A stretch of 61,095 nt of DNA, counting the filler. It is 14 parts of 14 records of this genome, joined end to end, with 100 filler letters (N's around TTAATTAATTAA, not from the genome) between each part and the next. Parts side by side here need not be neighbours in the genome. Positions count along the whole stretch, not along the records: positions 17,728 to 23,798 come from SRR7504441_20102; positions 23,899 to 27,162 come from SRR7504441_20141; positions 27,263 to 30,784 come from SRR7504441_20154; positions 30,885 to 34,509 come from SRR7504441_20222; 10 more parts are not named here. One strand, 5' to 3'. Under the pieces are notes generated by a model. It saw only the letters and a list, made by a program, of their open reading frames with translations. It did not search any database and was not told where the DNA came from. Both the position numbers and the translations under genes were made by a program. This document shows positions 20,769 to 32,196 of this stretch, in pieces. The number at the start of each line of letters is the position of its first letter. Positions within the stretch are counted from its first letter, which is position 1.

Positions 20769-21815
20769 TTACCTACGCAGCGCCGCTAGCCTGCCCGCCC
20801 ATCAGCCCGCCCTGAGGCCCGCCCGTCGCCTGGCAGACAGCTCGTCGTCCTCGTCGTCCCCTCCGTCGGCCAACATGGGCCCCTGCCACCAATCACGCCC
20901 GTGCACACATCAGTTGTGCCTGTTCCTGCTGCTGAGTCGCAGCCGGCTGGGCCAGCTGGCTGCTCTGGACCAGCCCCGCGGTGCCCTTGGCTCCTTGCAT
21001 CTGGTTCATCGCCAACTCATCCATGATCTGCCGCCCCCCGCTCCGCTCCGCTCCCAGGCCGGCTGGCTGCCTTGTTGACTTCCTCGCCGGCCTGTTCCTC
21101 CTCGTCTTCCATCAGCTCGTCGAACATGTCGTCAAAGATCTCCGCGGTCATCTCCTGCCCCCCCCCATCGGCCCACCCCCGCAACCACACCGGCACCCCC
21201 TTCTGTTGCTCCATTGCGAAAGCCGCTCCGAGCTGCTGCACCTGACACGCAGTTCGGCCGGGCCCCAGCCGGCCAGCTCGCCTCGACCGGATCCATCGTC
21301 TCGTTCACCGACTGCATCACCTCCACGCCGGACTTCATCGCCTGCCCCGCCCGGTCGGCCGGCCCGCCGGGCTTGCACATTCGTCATCGCCAGCGAGTTT
21401 TTCATGGTATCTGCCTGCATCGACATGCCGCTCAGCTGGGCGTTGGTCTGCCCGCCAGCTCGGCCCGCCGCCCCCGGGGCCGCGCGCCTGGTACAGCTTG
21501 GACTGCTGCTGCCGCAATCGGACCAGCTGCTTTGCCAGCTGCCGCGCGCAGTCCACCCGGCCGTTGGCGGCGTGCTTCTTCATCTCCTTCATGATCTTCT
21601 TCTCCTGCAACGGATCAGCCGGGCCGGCCGGGCCGGGCTGCCTCCATCTCGCTGTGCTTGATCTCTCTGCTGATCTCCCGGCTTTGCTTGCGGGTCTGGC
21701 CCCTTGGTGAGCGAGCCGCGGCCGCCCGGCGGCGCACCGAGCGCTTGGCGTCCTTGAGCTGCTCCTGCGGGGTCTTCTGGGGCTCGGCCTCGCCGAATAG
21801 CGAGAAGAATGGCAT
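20769..21815 (-). CDS. ESCRT-III subunit CHMP2/Vps2-like (Snf7 family), at least 8 introns
   Basis: KTPQEQLK, EKKIMKEMKKHA, ARQLAKQLVRLRQQ, IFDDMFD, IMDEL, LSAR|LAALRR*. Confidence 0.85.
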
Positions 21816-22290
21816 GGCGCCCCGCTCCGCCTCCGCAGGCCACCCCTTGGTTCCGAGGTGCCTTGTTGCAGCGCAAAGTCCGTTGTCTACACCTCTGCAA
21901 CCAACCGTACGCACTGTACTGTACTGGTAGCTTGAAGGGTTGAGTTTCCGGTTGTTTCCACTAGTTGTTTCCTAAGTAACTCGGTCGATCCGCGCATTTG
22001 GCGAACCTCCCCAGATTTCTCCTCACCCCGCGGTCCCCGCTGCAATTACGCTGCAATGGCTAGCCCCGCCGCCCGCGCCGCCCGCAGTAGCCCCGCAGCC
22101 CTGAATTCAGCTGCCTAGGTTTGTGCAAGATCGGGTGGCAAGCCTCTAGCTTGCTAATAATGGGGATAGCGAGTTTAGGTTTCGGTGATAAGGTAGGCGC
22201 CTAGAATCCAGATATTGGCAGTCCGCACCTCTCGCGGGGCAGAAATCGGATCCGTTGGTGTGAGAATCTGCTTCATATCTTGAGGCAGGA

Positions 22291-23314
22291 ATGGCGGCTG
22301 CCTGGTGGCGCCAGGGCATGCCCTCGCTCGCGGTGGTGGCGGCGGGGCTGCTGATGTGCGGGTTCAGCGTGGGGATGCAGTTCGACGCCAGGTACCCCCC
22401 ACCCCCCGCCGCCCGGCTCACCGGCCGGTAATGTGAATGATATGAGAATGCGAGGTTCGAGCTGCTTTTGTGGCTGCGTGAACTCTACAAGTTCTGCTGG
22501 GTTCTCCTCAAGGAAGGCATTTACAAGATTTGCTGTCAACTCCATGAAGACTGCGCCACCAAAGATGACAAATTTTGGAGGATCAATGATTGGCTCTAAC
22601 ACTTTGCGAATGGCAGGTTTTGGTGTTGCCTCATACTTCACACTTAAGCGCAAGAGCTTGCCTTTGGAATCTCTGTGGTGTGGATGGTCCGCAAGGTGAG
22701 GGATTTCAGTCATGTTGCCTGACTTGCTCTTTGTATTGTTGAATTCTTTGTCAGGGCTACGCAATCCCCCTCGCAGAGCCGATCCAAGTTCTCGGTCAAT
22801 GAGGGCTGTTGTTTGTTCGGCTACTAGTGTTCCATTGGCCCCGCTCAAAGAAGTGAGAGATTCCTGCTTTGTATCGTTGGTCTTGTGAGTTGCACGTGAG
22901 TTGCGAACCTCGGTGAGGTGAAACTCTGAGCGATAAATGTGCAGCTTCAAGTCACTGCCCCACTTGACGCGTGCCAGAAGACCAAATATTATCCCAGGCA
23001 GTGTTGCTGCAGAAGACAAAACCCTGACAGCAGGCTCCCTCCTTAAGCGCTTCAATGGCAAGGTAATGACGCTGTGTCTCAAGTGCTATGTTATTCATTT
23101 GTGTGGCTTGGCAGGAAATTAAATCGTTCAAGGATGTGTGCAGAGTTGTATCAAGCCCCCCTGCAAGCATTTGGTCCATTGAGACTGAAAGCGCTTTGGC
23201 TGTGTTGCCGGTGAGTTTGTGCACTGTAGAGGCAACATCTGACTTGCTGTGTGGCAGGTTGACCAAGTTATGCAGAATAGTGAACATAACAATGAGGAAT
23301 GGTGTGACAAGTAG
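22291..23314. pseudogene. Rearranged HtrA/Deg-type protease gene: + signal exon, inverted PDZ segment, + C-terminal exons; no protease domain seen
   Basis: Minus strand 22427-22990 reads ..PPKFVIFGGAVFMELTANLV..EPRILISFTLP; plus strand from 22994 reads PGSVAAEDKTLTAGSLLKRFNGK|EIKSF with introns 23063-23114 and 23211-23257. Confidence 0.6.
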
Positions 23315-23530
23315 TTTGATGTAGCTCAGTGCAGTCTGCGCGATCCAGTGTTGTACCAGCATTGCGGCATTCATGACCACTTTACTAAGTCCAATCATTT
23401 CTAAGATATTTCCAAGAAGTAAGGACTGCTTGTTGCTACCAAATATTACTACGTAAAAGAATTCAGTGGATAATAATTCATTAACAATTCATACACGACA
23501 TTGTACGATGTAATGATATTTGTCAACATT

Positions 23531-23798
23531 TTAGGAGGCTGCGGTTTCCCTTTTACATCCTCTTGCTAAGGTAGCCCAGTGAACCACATCTTTGTCAATA
23601 TCGGTGAGTAGATTTCGAATACACTTATCCACAAGCTCCTGATTAGCTGAAGCCAAGGAGCCTTGAATGCACAAATTCTTGGCCAGAGTGAGCCGAACAT
23701 TTGGGACCTATGCGGTCCATCAGGAGAAGATAGGGAGAACACTAAATGAGCTAGGCATTATCGACTCACCAGGTCTTTGCTCAGTGCCAGCAGCGGTG
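23531..23798 (-). CDS. C-terminus of a HEAT-repeat protein (PP2A-A / PP4R1-like)
   Basis: LLALSKDL|VPNVRLTLAK..LLTDIDKDV; intron 23708-23769; not in the ORF track. Confidence 0.65.
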
Positions 23799-24098
23799 NN
23801 NNNNNNNNNNNNNNNNNNNNNNNNNNNNNNNNNNNNNNNNNNTTAATTAATTAANNNNNNNNNNNNNNNNNNNNNNNNNNNNNNNNNNNNNNNNNNNNCG
23901 CGAGACCCGCCGGGCCGGACGCCTTACGCCTCATGGCTGTACGCAATGTTGAGTGATTGCCAACGCGCGAGCCGAGAAAAGATTATCTTTTCTCTGTTTC
24001 ATTGATCTTTATCAACGCTTTATCAACGGAGCCTACGTACAGCTGCTGCTGCGTGAACAGGGTCGCGACCTTGACCGGACTCGCGCGTAACCCACGCG

Positions 24099-25799
24099 AT
24101 GCCAGGGCGGGCTGAGCGGCTGGGCAAGGCGCTGGACGAGGCGGCGTCGGCCCTCCCGCGGCTGCGGTCCGCCATCGGTCGGGTGGCCAACCGTGCGCTG
24201 CTCGCCCGGCTAACTGGGCCACCCGGGCGCCGATTGGTCGCCGACATGTTCAGGTTCGGGTTGTGCACGTCCCCGGTGCTCGCCGGCAGGCTCAAGGACC
24301 TGGCCTGGGCCATGCTCCGGCTCAACTGGCTCCGCGCCGCCCGCAGCCCCGCCCACCTGCTCCGGACCGCCCTAGATGCGCTGGGGGGCGTGTTCGTCAA
24401 GATCTCTCAGGTTGCGTCACACGGGTCGGGCGTGCTGCCCGCCGGACTGGTGGCCGAGTGCCAGGGCAGCCTGGACCAGTGTGCGGCCCCGGTGGTCCCC
24501 TGGTGCAAGCTCAGGCCGCATCTCCAACGGTCCCTCAACCTAAGCTCGCTGGACACACTCTTCTCCTCCGTGGACCCGACTCCCATAGCTTCGGCCAGCA
24601 TTGCGCAAGTGCACCGGGCCCGGCTGGCCTGCGGGGAGCCGTGCGTGGTCAAGGTGGTCCGGCCCGGGGTCCGTGACAGGCTGGCGGCCGACCTGGAGCT
24701 GGCGATGCTGCTCGCGCGGCTCGTGGACCTCTTCCTCGGGGACTTGGTGACCGACTTTGTCTCGATGAGTCTAGAGCAGACAGTAGGCCAGCTCCAGGCG
24801 GCCATGATGGCCGAGTGCGACCTGGCCGCCGAGCGCGAGCACATGGCCGAGTTCGGCCGGTGGCTAGCCGACTCACCGACGCTCAGGAGGGCTGGATTGA
24901 GAGGGGCAGTCAGAGTGCCAGTTAGCTACCCTGAGGGCTGCTCCGAGCAAGTGCTCACCATGCAGTGTATGCCCGGGGTGCCGGTGTGGTCGCTCCGGCC
25001 GGAGGACCGCGAGCTGTGGGCCGAGCCGCTCTGCAAGGCGCTGGCAACTGCCACGCTCTCGGTTCTCGATGCTCCTGTCTTCCACGCCGACCTGCACCAG
25101 GGCAATTTGCTTTTCTGTCCGGCCAGCCGCACCGTCAGCTTCATCGACTTCGGGGTCGTCGGGCAGCTATCAACGGGACTCCGGCAAGCGCTTCTATTGC
25201 AGGCGACTGCGTTCGCCACCAAAGTCCCCGATGCTGCACAGTTCACACTCGGTTTCCAGACGGCACTGCCAGACCAGACCTTAGACACAGAGGCGCTGGC
25301 TCAGGCGCTGCAGCCGCTGTTTGGCCAGCTCGATGAGCTGAATCCGTTCGAGGCCGGCTCGCTCACGGCCGTCGACCCCAAGCTTTACGCTCTGCTAGTA
25401 CGCGGGCAACTCGTCCTCCACCAGCACGGCGTGCGGCTCCCGCATCAATTCTCGCTGCTCATCAAGACCGCGCTGTTCGGAGCCCAGTACATTGCGCTGC
25501 TTGCCCCGCGGGAGCGGGAGTTCTTAGCCCAGCAGCTGCTTGTAGGTTCGGGAGCGTTTGTGATCTCAAATCTGAGTTGCGTCGGACCTTTGTTCACACC
25601 CGCAGTGCTCGGCTCGCTGGCCCGGCGGGTGCTGGTGCACGGGACCAAGGCGATGCAGCAGGAGGCGGTGCTGCTGCTGGCGGTGCTGGTGGTGGCTGTG
25701 GTGGCGTGTCTTATAGCGTCGGTGGAGCTGCAACAGTCGGAGCAAGTTGTGCTGCCGGTGGGCGCAGCGACAGCCCGGACGACGGTGCACATGATGTAG
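24099..25799 (+). CDS. ABC1/UbiB/AarF atypical kinase with C-terminal TM segment
   Basis: LGGVFVKISQ, PIASASIAQVHRA, VVKVVRPG, FHADLHQGN, FIDFG. Confidence 0.9.
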   Translation: MPGRAERLGKALDEAASALPRLRSAIGRVANRALLARLTGPPGRRLVADMFRFGLCTSPVLAGRLKDLAWAMLRLNWLRAARSPAHLLRTALDALGGVFVKISQVASHGSGVLPAGLVAECQGSLDQCAAPVVPWCKLRPHLQRSLNLSSLDTLFSSVDPTPIASASIAQVHRARLACGEPCVVKVVRPGVRDRLAADLELAMLLARLVDLFLGDLVTDFVSMSLEQTVGQLQAAMMAECDLAAEREHMAEFGRWLADSPTLRRAGLRGAVRVPVSYPEGCSEQVLTMQCMPGVPVWSLRPEDRELWAEPLCKALATATLSVLDAPVFHADLHQGNLLFCPASRTVSFIDFGVVGQLSTGLRQALLLQATAFATKVPDAAQFTLGFQTALPDQTLDTEALAQALQPLFGQLDELNPFEAGSLTAVDPKLYALLVRGQLVLHQHGVRLPHQFSLLIKTALFGAQYIALLAPREREFLAQQLLVGSGAFVISNLSCVGPLFTPAVLGSLARRVLVHGTKAMQQEAVLLLAVLVVAVVACLIASVELQQSEQVVLPVGAATARTTVHMM

Positions 25800-25851
25800 C
25801 CGCAACTTTTTACACTATTTCAGAAAGCGACTAGATTTAACCAATAAACGC

Positions 25852-27045
25852 TCAATCTGACCACAAGTTGGGCCGGTTGGCGTGTGCCTGCATCTGGATC
25901 CGCCTCATCAACCACAACACCCGCTGCATGCACTCCGCACACCCCACTAGCCCATCCACCGCCCCGCCGCACTCCTCGGCCCACCCCAGCCCCCGCAGCC
26001 CATCCCCGACCTCCCCCACCGCCTGCATGGCCTCCTCGCCCCCATCCGGCCCGATCAGCTCAAGTGGCTTGTGGGGCATGATCTTATTCCTCTCCCTGGC
26101 GGGCAAGCACGCCGGCGACGCGAGCCGCTCCGCGTGTGCCTGCTGCCCGGCCATCCGGAGCCCCTTGAGGAAATCGCCCCAGATGAAGTCGGCGTCAAGC
26201 CCGAATGTGAGGTGCACCGACCCGTGTCTCGCAGTCCGGGCGGCATGGACGGTCCCTCGAGGCAAATACAACACGTCTCCAGGCCGCAGCTCGGCATCCC
26301 AGCAGTCTGCCAGCTGCGACTCGTTATACCTGTAGTACAGCGGGTGCCCCGGCCGCTCGGACACCCGGGTGGGCAGGTCCATCCCGGCCCCCACCGGCGC
26401 GCACACCCGCCATTGCTTGCTGCCCTCGGTCTGGACGATCAGCACGTCCTGCGGGTCGTGATGGGCAGAGAGCCCCGGGGTGCCGGCCGGGGCGCTGTAC
26501 ATGTTGACGTTCGGCTCGAACCCTATCTGAGCCCGGACCGACTCGGCGAGCTCGGCCACTGTCGGGTCGGACCGCTGCATCTTGTTCACCACGAGCATCC
26601 CGCCGGCTGCCGACTGCAGCACATCAGCCGTTGAGCGCAGCACGGCGTGCTCGTCCGGGCTGCCGTCGGTGTATCGAACAAACAGCCCAGCGTTCGCCTC
26701 GCTGATCCGGCCAGCCACCCGCCCGAGCAGCCCCGGCGGCACCGCCTCGCCGGCCAGCGCTCCCCGGAACAGCCGAGCTTCGGCCTGGTAGACCGCCCCG
26801 AAGCTCGGGCGGGCCAGCAGCGCGCCGAGCGAGCTGGCCGGCTCGCACCGCTCCTCGCGCGCCCCGGCCACCACCAGAGCGCCGACCAGCCGATCATCCG
26901 CATCGTCACCAGCGTTTGCCGTTAGTCTAACACCTGATCTCCCGCGTTGCGGCCGGTTGAGCCAGCAGCTGCAGAGCGAGAGAGTCAGGCACTCGCTGCA
27001 TGCTGGCGGTTGCCGGGGCAAGCAGCGAGGCGGCCCCAGCCGCAC
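25852..27045 (-). CDS. JmjC/cupin ribosomal-oxygenase-like (YcfD/NO66-type) 2OG oxygenase; start uncertain
   Basis: NVNMY, LSAHHDPQDVLIVQTEGSKQWRV, LRPGDVLYLPRGTVHAA, SVHLTFG. Confidence 0.85.
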   Translation of the reverse strand: MRLGPPRCLPRQPPACSECLTLSLCSCWLNRPQRGRSGVRLTANAGDDADDRLVGALVVAGAREERCEPASSLGALLARPSFGAVYQAEARLFRGALAGEAVPPGLLGRVAGRISEANAGLFVRYTDGSPDEHAVLRSTADVLQSAAGGMLVVNKMQRSDPTVAELAESVRAQIGFEPNVNMYSAPAGTPGLSAHHDPQDVLIVQTEGSKQWRVCAPVGAGMDLPTRVSERPGHPLYYRYNESQLADCWDAELRPGDVLYLPRGTVHAARTARHGSVHLTFGLDADFIWGDFLKGLRMAGQQAHAERLASPACLPARERNKIMPHKPLELIGPDGGEEAMQAVGEVGDGLRGLGWAEECGGAVDGLVGCAECMQRVLWLMRRIQMQAHANRPNLWSD

Positions 27046-27304
27046 GGCACAAAGTATTCGTCGGCGGGCTGGAGCTTGAGCTGGAGACCCTGCCCAGACC
27101 GGCCGGGTCCGGTGAGGCGCTCGTCGAGTTTTATCGGGGCGTTGGGCCGGACGGAGGCGGCCNNNNNNNNNNNNNNNNNNNNNNNNNNNNNNNNNNNNNN
27201 NNNNNNTTAATTAATTAANNNNNNNNNNNNNNNNNNNNNNNNNNNNNNNNNNNNNNNNNNNNCAAGACAAGCTGCCACAGGCCTAGTTAGTAGAGTCTAC
27301 TGGG

Positions 27305-30300
27305 GTGGGGGACCACCTTGGCACCCTGGGTGCTGCAAGCTCTTTTCTGCACCGCGCGTTCTTTTGGCAGCGCACCTCGTGCCGGGGGGAGATGAATGGC
27401 CGGAGCTTAGAGGCAAGCCGCCGGACAGTGGCGATCCCCGGGGAGGTCGTCCTGGTGCTCTGGATCGTGGTGCTGCTTCCGAGCGCCGCAGCAACCTGGC
27501 GCGACGGCAATCCGATCGCCACCACTGCCATTCTGAGCCTGAATGGTGACGATTGGCGGGTGGACGGCGTGGGCCGAGCCTTTTCGCCGAACTGCACCGG
27601 CGGAGGCCCGAACGGTGACAATGGCGGTTGTGCCATCTGCAAGCCGGGGACGAACTACACGGCGCCGGCAGTGGGACCGCACGGCTGGTATAGCGTCGAG
27701 TCGCTAGGGATGGGCGACAGCTGGACCCAGGCCGACTGCGCTGAATTGTGTGCAGCCACCGACGGATGTGCTGCGGCTGTGTGGACCAGCAATCCACCGG
27801 CGGGGACCGGCTGCGGCTTCCGCACCGTGGCGGAGGTCGGACAGGGTAAACTGACAGCCAACGGCAGCACTGGGTGCGTTCCAGTGGGCTTGGGCAGCGT
27901 GCGAGTGTCGATAGCAGCCACGGTGCCCGGCGATCTGGTGACCGACCTGCAGCGGGCTGGCAAGGTGCGAGATCCGTTGTCGTCCAATAACCACAAGGAC
28001 CCGTCCCAAGTTCAATGGTGGAATGGTGCCAGTTACAGTTACTCTAAGAGGTTTAATCTGAGCACCTCCGTGCTTGCATCTGCCAGTGTGCGGCTGGTGT
28101 TCAGCGCAGTTAAAATGGGCGCCACAATCAGCCTGAACCGCCATCTGCTCGGCAATGTGACCAATCAGCACCTTCGGTACGAATTTGAAGTATTGCCTCT
28201 GTTGGTGGCTGGATCGAACACAGTCACAGTCCGGTTTGACAGTACGATTGACACTGGTGGGCGCTTCATGGCATCGAGTGGAGGCTGGGACTGGGCTCCG
28301 TATTCGAGGATGCGTGACCATGGTGGCCGCGCCGTGTGGACTCGGGGGATTACTGGGTCAGTCTACCTCGCAGCCACTGGCCGGAATACGGTGGCCATCG
28401 ATGCGTTATCCCCTGCCATACTGTACAAGGGAGCCCTTCCGACCACGATGCTGCAGGATGACTACAGCCACGTGTTTGATGTGAATGTGACTGTGCATCT
28501 TGCTGCACCGGAGGCGTCGGGCACCCTGACAGTTGTGGGGAGCTGGGGCAGCTCCACAAGTGTCCCACTCTCGATAACTGCAGCGGATGGCGGCACCAAG
28601 GCAGTCGCGGTGCTCCTTCCCAGTGTCAGCAGCGTGAAGTTATGGTGGCCTCGGGGGATGGGTGGAGACCAGGTGCTTTACAACGTCACTGCTCAATTCG
28701 CCCCGTCGCCGGGCCTTGGCGGTGCCACTGTGACTGCGACTAGGCGGGTGGGGTTCCGCACTGCATTCCTGACCACCGGGAATGATACCGATAAGGAGTG
28801 GCTGGCAGCAAACAAGAACGGTAACGGTAACGCCATTCCGGCCAACACAATGATGTTTCGCATAAACGGGGCGCCTGTCGTTATGCGGGGTGCCAATCTT
28901 GTGCCCATGGAAGCGCTCGATGGGCGATACGTCGAAGGGATGCACCGTCAGTTGGTCAAGTCGGCTGCGGCTGCGAACATGAACATGATTCGTGTCTGGG
29001 GCGGTGGGATCTACCCCTTGGCAGAGTTCAGCGACGCGTGTGATGAGGAAGGCGTGATGACATATATCGACCTGATGTACGCCCAGGGTGGCCATGGTGC
29101 CGTCCAGCCTATCACACACGCTGACCAAGAGCGTGAGCTTCGGTACCAGGTCCGACGTCTGAGCCACCACCCATCTATCATCGGCTGGAGTGGGTGTAAT
29201 GAGTGCGAGCAGACGCCCGCGTCAGTGATGACTACTGTCGCCGAAGAGGATAATTCGCGTGTGATACGTGGTGCTTGTCCATTTGGTCTTTATACCAGTG
29301 GAGTGCACACGCTCACTGGTCTGCCCAACGGGAATCCTCTAACATGGACCCAGAACACAGGCACACAGAACTGTGATAATCATGCGCTGTGGTGCAATAA
29401 AAGTAGCGGCGTTCCGTGGCAGGCTGGAGCTGAGCAGCACGGTCCATACAACAACGGCGACGGTGGGATGTGGCAGACTATCAACAGTGGCGGTGGCGGC
29501 GGGCTGTTTATCGATCCGGCAGTTATTGTCGCTGTGCAGCCTGGTTTCCAGGTTGGACCGAGCCAACCTGGCTACTTCAAGAGTGAGACAGGCTGCACTT
29601 CGATGTCTTCGTTCGAATCGATGTCGGCCACGCTCAGCCCTTCAGAGTACGGTGTCAATACCGAGCCCTTTCGTGAGCGTAACTATGCGGCTAATAGCTT
29701 GGTTCTAAGCTACTTTGGATCCGATCGCGATATGGGTGCGGTCGGTGTAGTGGCCCTTCAGTCACAGACATACCTGAGCATGCTGGCCGCATCGCTCGAG
29801 CGGAAGTCTGACATTGAGAGCTGGCGCAGTACTGGCATCTGGGGCATGCTTATGTGGCAGCTGAATGAAATTTGGCCCACCGGAGGCTGGGGGAGTCTGG
29901 AGTATGGGACACCGGTCAAGGGGCAGGTGATCGGTGGCCGTTGGAAGATCATGCACCATGCGCTTCAGCAATCAGCCTATGCAGACGTGGTCGCCTCCTG
30001 CGGCAAGGAAATGACTAGCACCGGAGCCGGTGAGTATGGCAAGGGCGGCATCGCAGGTTCGATCGCTAACGGATCCGCGCTGTGCTATGTTCGCAACGAT
30101 CTGCCGCAGCCATTTGTGGGCGTAGTGACCGTCGACGCCATCCATTACACCAATGGTACATCAACGCGTCTCAGTACAGCGCCAGTTGCGCTTGGACCCG
30201 GCGGCGGCGCGGTGGGATTCTTCTGTGCCTTGAACAGCACTACAGTTTCTGCGAGCAAGCCTAACTGCCCTAGCTTCAAAGACCTGTACAGCAGGGCAGG

Positions 30301-30670
30301 CTGTGTGAATGGTCCAGCGGACTGCATGCTGAACGTCACCGTTGCAAGCCGCGACCATGTGGCTGTGAGCCAGAGCATGCTGCCCCTCGGCCTTCCAAGC
30401 AACTTCAAATTGCCGACTTCGTTTGTTAGTCACGATGTTCAGCCTGCAGCTACAGGATCATCGTCCGTGGCAATCACTTTGCGTAGCAACGCGACTGCGC
30501 TCTACGTATGGCTTAGCACAATAGAGCAGGGCCGATTCTCGGATAACGCTTTTGTCCTCATGCCTGGACTTGAGAAAACTATCGAGTTCCTCTCCTTCAT
30601 GGAGACAGGCGTGTCGGCGACGTCGCTCATGGCTTCGTTGCGTGTCGAGCACCTAGGCATGTACATGTAG
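27305..30670 (+). CDS. GH2 beta-mannosidase-like enzyme with a PAN/Apple-like insert, intronless
   Basis: ATVPGDLVTDL, GWDWAP, LWWPRG, RGANLVP, NMNMIRVWGGGIY, RRLSHHPSIIGWSGCNE, WQLNEIWP, FSDNAF. Confidence 0.9.
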   Translation: MGDHLGTLGAASSFLHRAFFWQRTSCRGEMNGRSLEASRRTVAIPGEVVLVLWIVVLLPSAAATWRDGNPIATTAILSLNGDDWRVDGVGRAFSPNCTGGGPNGDNGGCAICKPGTNYTAPAVGPHGWYSVESLGMGDSWTQADCAELCAATDGCAAAVWTSNPPAGTGCGFRTVAEVGQGKLTANGSTGCVPVGLGSVRVSIAATVPGDLVTDLQRAGKVRDPLSSNNHKDPSQVQWWNGASYSYSKRFNLSTSVLASASVRLVFSAVKMGATISLNRHLLGNVTNQHLRYEFEVLPLLVAGSNTVTVRFDSTIDTGGRFMASSGGWDWAPYSRMRDHGGRAVWTRGITGSVYLAATGRNTVAIDALSPAILYKGALPTTMLQDDYSHVFDVNVTVHLAAPEASGTLTVVGSWGSSTSVPLSITAADGGTKAVAVLLPSVSSVKLWWPRGMGGDQVLYNVTAQFAPSPGLGGATVTATRRVGFRTAFLTTGNDTDKEWLAANKNGNGNAIPANTMMFRINGAPVVMRGANLVPMEALDGRYVEGMHRQLVKSAAAANMNMIRVWGGGIYPLAEFSDACDEEGVMTYIDLMYAQGGHGAVQPITHADQERELRYQVRRLSHHPSIIGWSGCNECEQTPASVMTTVAEEDNSRVIRGACPFGLYTSGVHTLTGLPNGNPLTWTQNTGTQNCDNHALWCNKSSGVPWQAGAEQHGPYNNGDGGMWQTINSGGGGGLFIDPAVIVAVQPGFQVGPSQPGYFKSETGCTSMSSFESMSATLSPSEYGVNTEPFRERNYAANSLVLSYFGSDRDMGAVGVVALQSQTYLSMLAASLERKSDIESWRSTGIWGMLMWQLNEIWPTGGWGSLEYGTPVKGQVIGGRWKIMHHALQQSAYADVVASCGKEMTSTGAGEYGKGGIAGSIANGSALCYVRNDLPQPFVGVVTVDAIHYTNGTSTRLSTAPVALGPGGGAVGFFCALNSTTVSASKPNCPSFKDLYSRAGCVNGPADCMLNVTVASRDHVAVSQSMLPLGLPSNFKLPTSFVSHDVQPAATGSSSVAITLRSNATALYVWLSTIEQGRFSDNAFVLMPGLEKTIEFLSFMETGVSATSLMASLRVEHLGMYM

Positions 30671-30884
30671 TTACATTTGTTTAGGAATACGCTACTATCA
30701 TAGACTAATAGCCATTCCGCACGTGACATTCTTCTGGATTTAATCAACGGAAAGAAAACGAGGAGAGAGCGTGAGAAGAACTGANNNNNNNNNNNNNNNN
30801 NNNNNNNNNNNNNNNNNNNNNNNNNNNNTTAATTAATTAANNNNNNNNNNNNNNNNNNNNNNNNNNNNNNNNNNNNNNNNNNNN

Positions 30885-31757
30885 TTGTTTTGATTTATGC
30901 TCATTATTCAAATCCCCTTTTGCACCTTGCTCAGCGGATGGGGCACGTGTTTCCTTACTCCAACAGTGCCCTTCTCTTTGCTTCTCTTCCGCTTCCTCTT
31001 CCTCTTCCTCTTCAGCCTTCCGGTATGCCACCTCGTCTGCCTTTGCCCTGGCCATCTTTGCCCTCGATTCCTGCTCAGCATGCCTCTTGGCCAAATCTAC
31101 TTCTTCTGCAGTGGCAGCAGTGGCAGCAGGTAGATGGGTCTCAGCTGCAAGAGCTTCGGTAGCTGCACTGACGGCCTCAGCCAGCGGCGCATCGATTTCA
31201 GATTCCTCTTTTAACCCAGGGAGTGCGACCTCCTCTTCTTCTACATCGCTGCCGTGCGCCAAGTCTTTGCTGAATCTCTCGACCTGATGTAACGTGTCGG
31301 CTAAGTCCCTGCACGACTCAGCTTGCTCTAGGATCTCGGCTAGGTCCTGAGCCGCAGCCCGTCTGTAGTTATCCGGCGCGTGGTGTGTGGCGGTTACTTG
31401 GTCATCTCCAGCTGATGCGCACTCGCGTGACTCTGTTGATACCACGCCGGGCAGCTGCGGCTCCAGATCCGCCGTCGCCTGCCCAACTGTTGTTTCCTTG
31501 CGCGAGTTTTGACGGTGCTTGGCAATTTCACTGTCGATGTACCGCTGTTTAGCCTTGTACATGCGCTTGGACGGACCTTTGGCTTCCAGCATGTATTGCT
31601 GGGTTTGCATGAGCAGTGCATTCATTGCTGCAGGCTCCCCAGAGTGCAACACCCCTAGCTCACTGGCCGACAGTAGATCAGGGGACGCGGCCTGTTCCGC
31701 GTGCATCAGCGAACGTGGTGGATACTGTGCGCTGCTAGCGCCAGCCGGTTCGGGCAT
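30885..31757 (-). CDS. Hypothetical acidic/coiled-coil protein, 3'-truncated
   Basis: ORF of about 290 aa running into the spacer. Confidence 0.55.
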
Positions 31758-32196
31758 TCCTCAGCCGCAGACGCAGGGCACCGCACGCGAGGCCGCGCGG
31801 CGCCTTTATCTGCCCCGGCTAAGTGGTGCTTGTGCGGATCTGTGCTCCCCACCGCGTGCAACGCCCGTTCTGAACGTTAGTCTACTAACGTCTACTAACG
31901 TCTCAACTTAATTCAGCTCAATTATCTAGAGGGTGAGCGCTTGAGCATGCATTATTATAAGCAAAAGTGAAGTGAATTAACTCAATTGAATTGACTCAAT
32001 TGAGTCACTGAACAATTTTGAAACTAGTACCTAGGTACCATGAGTAAAACTTACTTGCATGATACTTGCATGATCGCCTACGATTCAGCGGCTAAGCACA
32101 ACTGATTTGGATAGCTACTGTAGATTATCATTAGAATTTTGCCAGAGTTGACCACGAGCGCGCGCAGTAGCACCAACGACCTGTGGGAAGAGCGCT

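Noticed and set aside
22273-23398. Low-GC segment as a viral or transposon insertion
   Set aside because: Better explained as parts of an HtrA/Deg gene with spliceosomal introns.
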